DNA of 64,000 nt from Gemmatimonadaceae bacterium (GTDB taxonomy: Bacteria > Gemmatimonadota > Gemmatimonadetes > Gemmatimonadales > Gemmatimonadaceae), in the NCBI GenBank assembly GCA_040902005.1, contig JBBDYA010000045.1, positions 26,747 to 90,746 on the forward strand, written 5' to 3'. The first letter of the stretch is position 1. Every line of letters starts with the position of its first letter. Below, in pieces: positions 30,522-38,890 of this stretch. Under the pieces are notes generated by a model. It saw nothing but the letters and a program-made list of their open reading frames with translations, had not been told where the DNA came from and did not search any database. The position numbers and the translations under genes were made by a program.

Positions 30522-31511
30522 ATGGCAACCACGTACGAACACGACGTCGTTATCATCGGCGCGGGCCCCGCGGGGATGTGCGCCGCGATGTATGCGGGCC
30601 GCGCGATGCTGAACGCGGTCGTGCTGGAGCGGGGATTTCCCGGGGGAGAGCTGCTCAACACGGAAATGGTCGAGGACTATCCCGGCTTCGAGCGCATTCT
30701 CGGCGCCGAGCTGGCGCAGAAATTCCACGACCACGCCGCGAAGTTTGGCGCGTCCTTCAAGACCGGCGTCACGGTCACCACGCTGCGCAAGCGCGAGGAC
30801 GGCCTGTTCGAGAGCGTGACCGACAGTGGCGATGTGTACGTTTCGCCCACGGCCATCATCACCGCGGGGGGGACGCCGGTCAAGCTCGGGGTGCCGGGTG
30901 AACTCGAGTATGCGGGGAAGGGCGTGTCGTACTGCGCCATTTGCGATGGCGCGTTCTTCCGGCAGCAGACCATCGCCGTCGTCGGCGGCGGTGACGCCGC
31001 GGTCGAGGAGGCCGACTTCCTCACGCGCTACGCCGAGAAGGTGTACCTCATTCACCGCCGCGGGGAACTGCGCGCGTCCAAGATTCTCCAGAAGCGCCTG
31101 TTCGAGAATCCGAAGGTCGAACCGATCTGGGACACCGTCGTGGAGCGCGTGGACGGCGATACCCAGGGACTCGTCAACACCCTGAGGATCCGCAACGTCG
31201 CGACCGGTGATGCCCGCGACCTGGCCGCGACGGGCATGTTCGTGTTCATCGGGTTTCGCCCGAACAGCGGCATCATCGAAGGGCATGTCGCGCACGACGA
31301 GATGGGATACCTCGTCACGGACGCGAACATGCAGACGACGATCCCGGGACTCTTCGCCGCCGGCGACCTGCGCGCGCAGTTGACGCGTCAGGTCACGACG
31401 GCGGTTGGCGATGCGACCACGGCTGCCATCGCCGTCGAGAAGTATCTGAAGGCCCTGAAGGATGGCGACCGCGAGCCCGTGATCCAGGGCGCTGGAGGCT
31501 ACACGTCGTGA
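30522..31511 (+). CDS. trxB: Thioredoxin-disulfide reductase
   Basis: GAGPAG, GVSYCAICDG, GGGDAAVEEA, HRR, FAAGD. Confidence 0.95.
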   Translation: MATTYEHDVVIIGAGPAGMCAAMYAGRAMLNAVVLERGFPGGELLNTEMVEDYPGFERILGAELAQKFHDHAAKFGASFKTGVTVTTLRKREDGLFESVTDSGDVYVSPTAIITAGGTPVKLGVPGELEYAGKGVSYCAICDGAFFRQQTIAVVGGGDAAVEEADFLTRYAEKVYLIHRRGELRASKILQKRLFENPKVEPIWDTVVERVDGDTQGLVNTLRIRNVATGDARDLAATGMFVFIGFRPNSGIIEGHVAHDEMGYLVTDANMQTTIPGLFAAGDLRAQLTRQVTTAVGDATTAAIAVEKYLKALKDGDREPVIQGAGGYTS

Positions 31512-32149
31512 GCGTCACGTGGGTCACCGTGGGACCGTTTCAGGAGAATTGTTATCTCGTGTCCGATCCGGCGGCGCATCGCGGGGTGCTCGTGGATCCG
31601 GGCGACGAACCGGCGCGCATCATGGCCATGGTGGCTGACGCCGGCGTGACCATCGACGCCATCTGGCTCACGCACGCGCATCTGGATCATGTGGGCGCGA
31701 TCGCGCCGCTGCGCCGGCAGTGGGGGGGGAACGTGCCCGTGTTGCTGCATGCCGCCGATCTGGTGCTGTACCGCCGCGCCGCGCAGCAGGCCGCCCAGTA
31801 CGGACTCTCGCTCCAGCAGCCGGGCGACCCCGATGGCGAGTTGTCGGACGGCGACGCGGTGACGGTGGGCGGCCTGCGCTTCACCGTGAAGCACACGCCC
31901 GGGCACGCGCCCGGGCATGTGGTGTTTCTTGGTGACGACGTGCTGCTCGGTGGGGATCTGCTGTTTGCGGGATCCATCGGTCGCACCGACCTGCCGCTGT
32001 CGGATCCACGCGCCATGGAAGCGTCGCTCGCGCTCGTCGCGACGTTCGCGCCCGACATCGTCGTGTATCCCGGTCACGGGCCGCCGACCACGATCGGCGC
32101 CGAACTGGCGGGCAATCCCTTTTTGCATCAACTACATCACGCGCGATAA
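31508..32149 (+). CDS. MBL-fold metallo-hydrolase (YcbL/GloC-like)
   Basis: ENCY, THAHLDHVG, TPGHAPG, GD.LF.GSIGRTD, PGHG. Confidence 0.9.
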   Translation: MSVTWVTVGPFQENCYLVSDPAAHRGVLVDPGDEPARIMAMVADAGVTIDAIWLTHAHLDHVGAIAPLRRQWGGNVPVLLHAADLVLYRRAAQQAAQYGLSLQQPGDPDGELSDGDAVTVGGLRFTVKHTPGHAPGHVVFLGDDVLLGGDLLFAGSIGRTDLPLSDPRAMEASLALVATFAPDIVVYPGHGPPTTIGAELAGNPFLHQLHHAR

Positions 32150-32171
32150 CCGCCGCGCGGAGGACACGCAC

Positions 32172-33599
32172 ATGGCTGCCGGATTTCGCGTCGAGAAGGA
32201 CCCGCTCGGAGAGAAGGACGTCCCGGAAAGCGCCCTGTACGGCGTGCAGACCCTTCGCGCGATGGAGAATTTTCCGATCAGTGGCCTGCGCCCGCTCGAG
32301 CCGTTCGTACTGGCGCAGGTGTGGATCAAGAAGGCCGCCGCGCTCACGCATCGGACCACCGGTCGCCTCGACGCGAAGCTCGCTGACGCCATCGTCAAGG
32401 CGGCGGACGAGGTGCTCGCGGGCCAGCACCGCGACAACTTCGTTGTCGACCCGTACCAGGCCGGCGCGGGGACGTCGCACAACATGAACGTGAACGAGGT
32501 GTTGGCGAATCGCGCGAACGAACTGCTCGGCGCCAAGCGCGGGGCGTACGCGCCGGTGCATCCCAACGATCACGTGAACATGGCGCAGAGCACCAACGAC
32601 ACCATCCCGACGAACATCCGGCTGGCGTGCCTGTCCCGGCTGGATGCGCTGTCCACCGCCTTCAACGGATTGCGCGACGCGCTCGGCGTTAAGGCGCGGG
32701 AGTTCGACGACGTGGTCAAGGCCGGACGCACGCATCTGCAGGATGCCATGCCGATCCGCCTTGGCCAGGAGTTCGCCGCGTATGCGGGGTCTCTGGAGCG
32801 CGGCATGCGCCGCGTGCGCGAGGCGGCGGACTACCTGCGCGATCTCGGCATCGGCGGCAGCGCCGTGGGCACCGGCGTCACCGTCGAGAAGGAGTATCCG
32901 GCGCTGATGAACACGCACCTCAAGGCGATCACGAAGCTCGACCTCCGGGTGGGCGAGGATCGCATCCAGCTCATGCAGAGCATGGGTGATGTCGCCGGGT
33001 TCAGCGCAGCGCTCCGCGTGCTGGCCCTGGACCTCAGCAAGATCGCGAGCGACCTGCGCCTGATGGCGATGGGGCCCCGGACCGGAATCGACGAGATCCG
33101 CCTGCCCGCGGTGCAGCCCGGCTCGTCGATCATGCCGGGGAAGGTGAATCCCTCGATTCCCGAAATGGTCAACCAGGTGTGCTTCCAGGTGGTGGGGTGC
33201 GATACCACGGTGTCCATGTCGGCGGAGCACGGCCAGCTCGAGCTGAACGTCATGATGCCCGTCATCGCGTTCAACGTGCTGCTGTCGATGCAGATTCTCA
33301 CGAATGCCGCCACCATCCTCGCGGACAAGTGCGTGACGGGGATCGAGGCCAATCGCGCGATGAATGCCTACTGGGTGGAGCGCTCGGCCGCCCTCGCGAC
33401 GGCGCTGGCGCCGCAGATCGGCTACGCCCGCGCGGCGGAAATCAGCAAGCGCTCCGTCAAGGAGGGAGTGCTGATTCGCGATCTCGTGCGGCAGGAGGGG
33501 TTGCTGCCCGAGGATCAGATTGACGACGTGCTCGACCTCAGGAAGATGACGGAGATCGGCGTCCCGGGCGGCAGCCATGGCGCCGTGGCGGCCGGATAG
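32172..33599 (+). CDS. aspA: Aspartate ammonia-lyase (fumarase/aspartase superfamily)
   Basis: GSSIMPGKVNP signature; AGAGTS and QSTND are aspartase-like rather than FumC-like (TGSGT/SSND). Confidence 0.8.
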   Translation: MAAGFRVEKDPLGEKDVPESALYGVQTLRAMENFPISGLRPLEPFVLAQVWIKKAAALTHRTTGRLDAKLADAIVKAADEVLAGQHRDNFVVDPYQAGAGTSHNMNVNEVLANRANELLGAKRGAYAPVHPNDHVNMAQSTNDTIPTNIRLACLSRLDALSTAFNGLRDALGVKAREFDDVVKAGRTHLQDAMPIRLGQEFAAYAGSLERGMRRVREAADYLRDLGIGGSAVGTGVTVEKEYPALMNTHLKAITKLDLRVGEDRIQLMQSMGDVAGFSAALRVLALDLSKIASDLRLMAMGPRTGIDEIRLPAVQPGSSIMPGKVNPSIPEMVNQVCFQVVGCDTTVSMSAEHGQLELNVMMPVIAFNVLLSMQILTNAATILADKCVTGIEANRAMNAYWVERSAALATALAPQIGYARAAEISKRSVKEGVLIRDLVRQEGLLPEDQIDDVLDLRKMTEIGVPGGSHGAVAAG

Positions 33600-33620
33600 T
33601 CAATCCGTTATCGTGCATTC

Positions 33621-34121
33621 GTGCGCATCACCACGCTCGCCGAGTACGGCGTCATCTGCGCGCTCCATCTGGCCAGGCGCGTCGGGGAGGGACCGGTCAC
33701 CAGCCGCGACATCGCGGAACGCGAGCGGCTCCCGGTGGACTATGTCGAGCAGATTCTGCTGCGCCTTCGCCGGGCCGACATCGTCAAGAGCACGCGTGGC
33801 GCCCGTGGCGGCTACGTGCTGGCGCGCGCTCCCGAATCGGTTTCCGTGCGCGACGTGATCGCCGCCTCGGAGCTGCAGACGTTCGATCTGCATTGCGTGA
33901 CGCATCCGGTCGAAGAGGAACGGTGTTCCGCCGCGCATGCATGCAGCATCCGGCCCGTGTGGGTCTTGCTCCAGCAGAAGATCGATGCGGTGCTCGACAG
34001 CGTTCGACTGTCGGACCTGCTGCACGGCGAGAGCGAAGTGCGGGAACGCGTGGGATTGCCGGCGGCTGATCCCGTGCCGGCTGCCAGCGCGCGCGGACTC
34101 CCGATTCTTCAGGCGCGCTGA
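33621..34121 (+). CDS. Rrf2-family transcriptional regulator
   Basis: YVEQILLRLRRADIVKSTRGARGGY.LA, three C-terminal Cys. Confidence 0.9.
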   Translation: MRITTLAEYGVICALHLARRVGEGPVTSRDIAERERLPVDYVEQILLRLRRADIVKSTRGARGGYVLARAPESVSVRDVIAASELQTFDLHCVTHPVEEERCSAAHACSIRPVWVLLQQKIDAVLDSVRLSDLLHGESEVRERVGLPAADPVPAASARGLPILQAR

Positions 34122-34135
34122 TCAGCCGGGGCGCC

Positions 34136-34696
34136 ATGCCGTTCTTCCCCCGCTGGCGCGCGGCCCGCCAACTGCAGCGCAAGGCGTCGCAATTCGTTGC
34201 GGCACTCGTGGCCGAGCCGTCGACCGTTGACGTGGAGTGGCTCGCGGCGACGGCAACGCGGGGAGACGAGGATCATGCCCAGTGGGAGCTCCGATACGCC
34301 CGGCGGGCGATCGGACTGCTCGTCGCGCAGCGGGATGCCCTCGACGATCGCACAGGGTCGATCGTCGCGCGCGTGCTGACCGAGGCGTTCGAGCGCGATC
34401 CGAGGATCGACGAGGAGCGACGGCATCTCGCGGAGCGGCAGTTCAATGCCCGGCTGAGCGCCTATCGCGACGCGCTCGGCGCGAAAGCGTCGGGCGCCAC
34501 CGTGCGTCTCGGCCAGACACTGTTGGCGTTCTCCGGTGGGTCCTTTCGCGACGCGGACGCGAATGTGAAGCGGGGAGGCGAGGTGTTGGCCGGGTACGAA
34601 CGGGAGGCGAACGCCGCCCTTCGCGAAGTCTTTGGCGTGGCAACGTTGCCGGAGCACGTGCCACCGTCGGCCGTGGCGGGTGATCGCGCCACCTGA
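34136..34696 (+). CDS. Hypothetical protein (helical)
   Basis: 186-aa ORF 14 bp after Rrf2, fills space up to the tRNA terminator. Confidence 0.65.
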   Translation: MPFFPRWRAARQLQRKASQFVAALVAEPSTVDVEWLAATATRGDEDHAQWELRYARRAIGLLVAQRDALDDRTGSIVARVLTEAFERDPRIDEERRHLAERQFNARLSAYRDALGAKASGATVRLGQTLLAFSGGSFRDADANVKRGGEVLAGYEREANAALREVFGVATLPEHVPPSAVAGDRAT

Positions 34697-34703
34697 CGCC
34701 TGG

Positions 34704-34731
34704 AAAAAACGCGGCCCTGGAGGGGGCCGCG
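34704..34731 (-). terminator. Intrinsic terminator of tRNA-Leu
   Basis: CGCGGCCC/GGGCCGCG 8-bp stem followed by T6 on minus strand. Confidence 0.8.
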
Positions 34732-34738
34732 CTCTCGA

Positions 34739-34822
34739 TGCCGAAGGTCGGACTCGAACCGACACGGGCTTGCGCCCACTGCGCCCTGAACGCAGCGCGT
34801 CTACCAATTCCACCACTCCGGC
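34739..34822 (-). tRNA. tRNA-Leu(CAG), CCA not encoded
   Basis: GCCGGAGTGGTGGAATTGGTAGACGCGCTGCGTTCAGGGCGCAGTGGGCGCAAGCCCGTGTCGGTTCGAGTCCGACCTTCGGCA: cloverleaf with long variable arm, anticodon CAG. Confidence 0.96.
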
Positions 34823-34832
34823 GTGGACAGGC

Positions 34833-34861
34833 AACGTAGTTTTTGAACGACGTAAAGTCAA
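34833..34861 (-). promoter_or_regulatory. sigma70 promoter of tRNA-Leu
   Basis: Minus strand TTGACT-N17-TACGTT, 10 nt before the tRNA 5' end. Confidence 0.7.
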
Positions 34862-34875
34862 CGCGGATAGGCACT

Positions 34876-35352
34876 TTGAAGCCCAACGAGTCATGGCCGG
34901 ACGAGATAATCTCGGTGGCGCGGAACAAGCGCGCCCGTTTCGATTACCACCTCATGCAGACCTTCGAGGCGGGCATCGTTCTGTCGGGCACGGAGGTGAA
35001 GTCGCTGCGAAAAGGCAAGGCGAACATCGGTGATGCGTACGGGGTGTTGCGGGACGGCGAAGTGTTCCTGCTCAACGCGCACATTCCCCCGTATGACCAA
35101 GGGGGATACGTGAACCACGAGCCCACCCGGAGCCGCAAACTGTTGCTCCACCGCCGGGAAATCAGTCGTCTGATTGGCTCCGTGGAGCGTCAGGGGCTCA
35201 CCCTGATCCCGCTGGAGCTGTACTTCAAGAACGGCAAGGCGAAAGTGGCTCTGGCGTTGGGCAAGGGAAAGAAGGTTCATGACAAGCGCGATACTGAAAA
35301 ACAACGAGACGCCGAGCGTGAAATGGCGCGAGTAGGACGGGCACGACGATGA
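34876..35352 (+). CDS. smpB: SsrA-binding protein SmpB (start uncertain)
   Basis: NKRARFDY, EAGIVLSGTEVKSLR, RKLLLHRREI, GKGKKVHDKR. Confidence 0.95.
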   Translation: MKPNESWPDEIISVARNKRARFDYHLMQTFEAGIVLSGTEVKSLRKGKANIGDAYGVLRDGEVFLLNAHIPPYDQGGYVNHEPTRSRKLLLHRREISRLIGSVERQGLTLIPLELYFKNGKAKVALALGKGKKVHDKRDTEKQRDAEREMARVGRARR

Positions 35353-36197
35353 TCACCATGATGCTGGTTGCCGCGCTGCAGGTGGCCTCGGCGACGCCGT
35401 CGGTGGCGAAGCCGACGGCGGTCGCGCGGCCGCAGGCGGCGGCCGTGCGTCAGGCCCCGCCGCGCGCGCACCGCGTGGTGGTGGACGCCGGTCACGGCGG
35501 GGTGGACCCTGGCTCGGGGATGCGAGGGAGCGGTCTGGTGCACGAGAAGGACATCGCCCTGCAGGTCTCCCTGAAACTCGGCGAGCTGCTGGCACAACGC
35601 GGCGTGGACGTGATCTACACACGCAAGACCGACACGCTCATTGCGCGGGCGGATCGCGGCCGCATCGCCAACCAGGCGAACGGGGATGTCTTCATTTCCA
35701 TTCATGTCAACGCCGCCAATCCCGGCTGGCGCGACGCCAGCGCGGCACGCGGATTCGAGACGTGGTTCCTTGGTGTGGCCAAGACCGAGGATGCGCGTCG
35801 CGTGGAGGAGATGGAGGAATCGTCGGGACGGTTCGAAACCGGGACGGGCCGTGGCGCGTCGGATCCGCTGGATTTCATCGTGAACGACATGCTGCAGAAC
35901 GAGTACCTCCGGGAATCCTCCGACCTGGCGGCGACCATCCAGCGCGGCTTGAAGCAGATGCATCCGGGTCCCGACCGCGGCGTCAAGCAGGCGGAGTTCA
36001 CCGTGCTGGTGACGGCGTTCATGCCCGCCGTGCTCGTGGAGATCGGTTTCGGCACGAATCCCCAGGAAGCCGCGTTCCTTCGATCGCAGTCGAAGCAGCG
36101 CGCCCTGGCGGCCGCCGTGGCTGACGCCACGATGGAGTATCTCGAGCGGTACCAGCGCCGGGTGAGCGGAGGGTCCGCCAGCACCGCGCATGAGTGA
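35349..36197 (+). CDS. N-acetylmuramoyl-L-alanine amidase (Amidase_3)
   Basis: VVVDAGHGGVDPG, EKD, FISIHVNA, PAVLVEIGF. Confidence 0.92.
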   Translation: MITMMLVAALQVASATPSVAKPTAVARPQAAAVRQAPPRAHRVVVDAGHGGVDPGSGMRGSGLVHEKDIALQVSLKLGELLAQRGVDVIYTRKTDTLIARADRGRIANQANGDVFISIHVNAANPGWRDASAARGFETWFLGVAKTEDARRVEEMEESSGRFETGTGRGASDPLDFIVNDMLQNEYLRESSDLAATIQRGLKQMHPGPDRGVKQAEFTVLVTAFMPAVLVEIGFGTNPQEAAFLRSQSKQRALAAAVADATMEYLERYQRRVSGGSASTAHE

Positions 36198-37134
36198 TGG
36201 CGCGCTAGCCGTCACCGCCGCCTCGCTCTCGTTTCGAAACCCGCTCGTTTTGGCTGCCGGCACGGCCGGCTACGGGCTCGAGCTGGACGACGTGATGGAC
36301 CTCGGGGCCGTGGGCGGGATCGTGACCAAGGCCGTGAGCCTGGCGCCCCGCGCGGGCGCGCCCGAGCCGCGCGTCGCCGACTTCGACGGCGGGATGATCA
36401 ATGCCGTCGGACTGGCGAACCCCGGATTGGCTGAAGTGTCGCGCGTGCACGTGCCGTGGCTCGCCGCGCATCATCCGGCGCTGCGCAAGCTGTTCAACGT
36501 CGTCGGATTCGCTGTCGATGAGTTCGCGGCCGTGGTGCGCGGACTCGAACTGGCGGCCGAGGCCAACTTGGGCGCTGTGGACGGCTACGAGCTCAACGTC
36601 AGCTGTCCGAACGTGAAGCAGGGCGGCACGGAGTTCGGCGCCGATCCGGCGTCACTGCGCGCCGTGGTCTCCGGCGCTCGCGCCGCCACCCGGCGCCCCC
36701 TCTTCGTCAAGCTGTCGCCGGCGCTCCCTGACATCGCGTCCGCGGCGGCGATCGCCGCCGATGCGGGGGCCGACGGCATTTCCGTCGTGAACACGGTCCC
36801 CGGGCTGGTCATCGATGTGGAGCAGCGTCGGCCCGCGGTCGGATTCGGCACCGGGGGGGTGAGCGGACGCGCGATTCTTCCCGTGGGCGTCCTGGCAACA
36901 TGGAAGGTGAGCAGGGCCGTCGCCCTGCCCGTCATGGGCATCGGCGGGGTGGGATCCGGCTCCGATGCCATTCAATACATCATGGCCGGCGCCATGCTCG
37001 TGGGGATCGGGACCGCCGCACTTCGCGATCCGCGCGCGCCGTCACGCGTCGCGAAGGAGATGCATCGCTGGTGTGCTGCGCACGGCGTGCGATCGCTGGC
37101 CGACATTCGTGGCGCGCTCGAGTGGCCAGCATGA
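36190..37134 (+). CDS. pyrD: Dihydroorotate dehydrogenase, class 1 catalytic subunit
   Basis: NPLVLAAGT, NAVGLANPG, ELNVSCPNV, VKLSP, NT, GGVSG. Confidence 0.92.
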   Translation: MSDGALAVTAASLSFRNPLVLAAGTAGYGLELDDVMDLGAVGGIVTKAVSLAPRAGAPEPRVADFDGGMINAVGLANPGLAEVSRVHVPWLAAHHPALRKLFNVVGFAVDEFAAVVRGLELAAEANLGAVDGYELNVSCPNVKQGGTEFGADPASLRAVVSGARAATRRPLFVKLSPALPDIASAAAIAADAGADGISVVNTVPGLVIDVEQRRPAVGFGTGGVSGRAILPVGVLATWKVSRAVALPVMGIGGVGSGSDAIQYIMAGAMLVGIGTAALRDPRAPSRVAKEMHRWCAAHGVRSLADIRGALEWPA

Positions 37135-37826
37135 CGAAGGCAACGCCCATCGTGGCGCTCGATGTCGAGACCATGCGGGCGGCTCTCGCGCTGATCGACG
37201 AACTGGGCGACCTCTGCCGCTTCTACAAGATCGGGAGCGAGCTGTACTCGGCGGAGGGTCCGGCCGTCGTCCGCGCTGTATTGGAGAGGGGCGGCCAGGT
37301 CTTCCTGGACCTGAAGTTTCACGACATCCCGAACACGGTGCGTGGGGCCGTGCGAAGCGCGGCGTCTCTGGGAGCCCGGCTCCTGACCGTGCACGCGTCG
37401 GGCGGCGACGCGATGTTGCGGGCGGCGGTGGAAGGCGCCGCGGCAGCGACTTCGTGCGAGGTGCTCGCCGTGTCGGTGCTGACCTCCCTGGATGCCGCGG
37501 CGCTGGGAGCCGCCTGGGGGCGGCCCATCGCGGATGTGGAAACGGAAGTGGTGCGGCTGGCTGAGCTTGCGGCGGGTGCAGGGGTCCATGGACTGGTCTG
37601 CAGTGGCCGGGAGGCCGCGGCGGTGCGCGACCGGTTTGAAGGGCGCCTGATGACGGTCGTTCCCGGCGTGCGACTGTCCGGTGGCGACCGGCAGGATCAG
37701 GCACGCGTGGTGACGCCGAGGCAGGCCGCGGAGGCGGGCGCGCGCTACCTCGTTCTCGGGCGCGCCGTCACGGCAGCGGCGTCACCTCGCGCCGCCATGT
37801 CGGAGGTGTTGTCGGACTTGTCTTAA
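37131..37826 (+). CDS. pyrF: Orotidine-5'-phosphate decarboxylase
   Basis: IVALD, FLDLKFHDIPNTV, VLTS, PGVR, DQARV.TP. Confidence 0.95.
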   Translation: MTKATPIVALDVETMRAALALIDELGDLCRFYKIGSELYSAEGPAVVRAVLERGGQVFLDLKFHDIPNTVRGAVRSAASLGARLLTVHASGGDAMLRAAVEGAAAATSCEVLAVSVLTSLDAAALGAAWGRPIADVETEVVRLAELAAGAGVHGLVCSGREAAAVRDRFEGRLMTVVPGVRLSGGDRQDQARVVTPRQAAEAGARYLVLGRAVTAAASPRAAMSEVLSDLS

Positions 37827-37846
37827 GTGGATGCCGCGGCTATGGT
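37818..37846 (+). promoter_or_regulatory. sigma70 promoter of the rpmJ-rpsM-rpsK-rpoA operon
   Basis: TTGTCT-N17-TATGGT. Confidence 0.6.
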
Positions 37847-37902
37847 TAGAGTCTGTCCCGGAACCCAATTAATTCAGCACCGACAGGATCGAAGAGGATT
37901 TC

Positions 37903-38019
37903 GTGAAAGTTCGTACCAGCGTCAAGCCGATTTGCGAGCACTGCAAAGTGGTGAAGCGCGCCGGCGTCACGCGCGTGATCTGCAAGCGCAACCCCAAGCA
38001 TAAGCAGCGTCAGGGCTGA
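37903..38019 (+). CDS. rpmJ: 50S ribosomal protein L36 (Zn-binding form); missed by the ORF track
   Basis: [46 protein letters not shown]. Confidence 0.97.
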   Translation: MKVRTSVKPICEHCKVVKRAGVTRVICKRNPKHKQRQG

Positions 38020-38022
38020 TAC

Positions 38023-38400
38023 ATGGCACGCATTTCCGGCGTGGATCTTCCGCGCGAGAAGAAGGTTGAGATCGGCCTCACCTACATCTTCGGTATCGGC
38101 AAGCATACGGCGGCCGACATCATGAAGAAGGCGAACATCGACGCAACGCTGCGCGTCCGCGACCTCTCGGATGCCGACGTGAATCGCCTGCGCCAGGTGA
38201 TTGAGCGCGACCACAAGGTCGAGGGCGCGCTGCGCACCGAAGTCGCGATGAACATCAAGCGGTTGATGGACATCGGATCGTACCGCGGCATTCGCCATCG
38301 CCGCGGCCTGCCGGTTCGCGGCCAGCGGACGCATACCAACGCCCGCACCAAGAAGGGACCACGCCGCGCGATCGCCGGCAAGAAGAAGGTGACCAAGTAA
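38023..38400 (+). CDS. rpsM: 30S ribosomal protein S13
   Basis: [10 protein letters not shown]...[23 protein letters not shown]. Confidence 0.98.
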   Translation: MARISGVDLPREKKVEIGLTYIFGIGKHTAADIMKKANIDATLRVRDLSDADVNRLRQVIERDHKVEGALRTEVAMNIKRLMDIGSYRGIRHRRGLPVRGQRTHTNARTKKGPRRAIAGKKKVTK

Positions 38401-38777
38401 TGGCGACCGGGAAAAAGGCCAAGCGCGTCGTGGATGCCGAAGGCGTGGCCCACATCAGCGCGACGTTCAACAATACGACCGTGACCATCACGGACGCCCA
38501 CGGCAACACCATCGCGTGGGGCTCGTCCGGCAAGGCCGGCTTCAAGGGCTCGAAGAAGAGCACCCCCTTTGCCGCGACGGTCGCGGCGGAGCAGGCGGCG
38601 CGCGAGGCCCTGAGCGCTGGCGTCAAGCGCGTGCACGTGCGGGTGCAGGGTCCGGGCAGCGGTCGTGAGTCCGCGATCCAGGCGCTGGCGTCCGCGGGGC
38701 TTCAGGTGAAGTCCATCAAGGACGTTACGCCGATTCCGCACAATGGCTGTCGGCCACCGAAGCGCCGGAGAGTGTAG
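38400..38777 (+). CDS. rpsK: 30S ribosomal protein S11
   Basis: [32 protein letters not shown]. Confidence 0.98.
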   Translation: MATGKKAKRVVDAEGVAHISATFNNTTVTITDAHGNTIAWGSSGKAGFKGSKKSTPFAATVAAEQAAREALSAGVKRVHVRVQGPGSGRESAIQALASAGLQVKSIKDVTPIPHNGCRPPKRRRV

Positions 38778-38890
38778 TTCGAACCACCAGTTTTCCGTTC
38801 AGGTCGGGACCTTCACTCCCATTCGAGCCTGCCGCGCGTGAAGGGCGGGGCAGGGCGATGCCGGGCGACCGGCAAGACCCCCAATTCACT

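Noticed and set aside
34739..34822. tRNA-Leu as an integration site
   Set aside because: No integrase and no duplicated tRNA 3' end seen; a normal terminator follows directly
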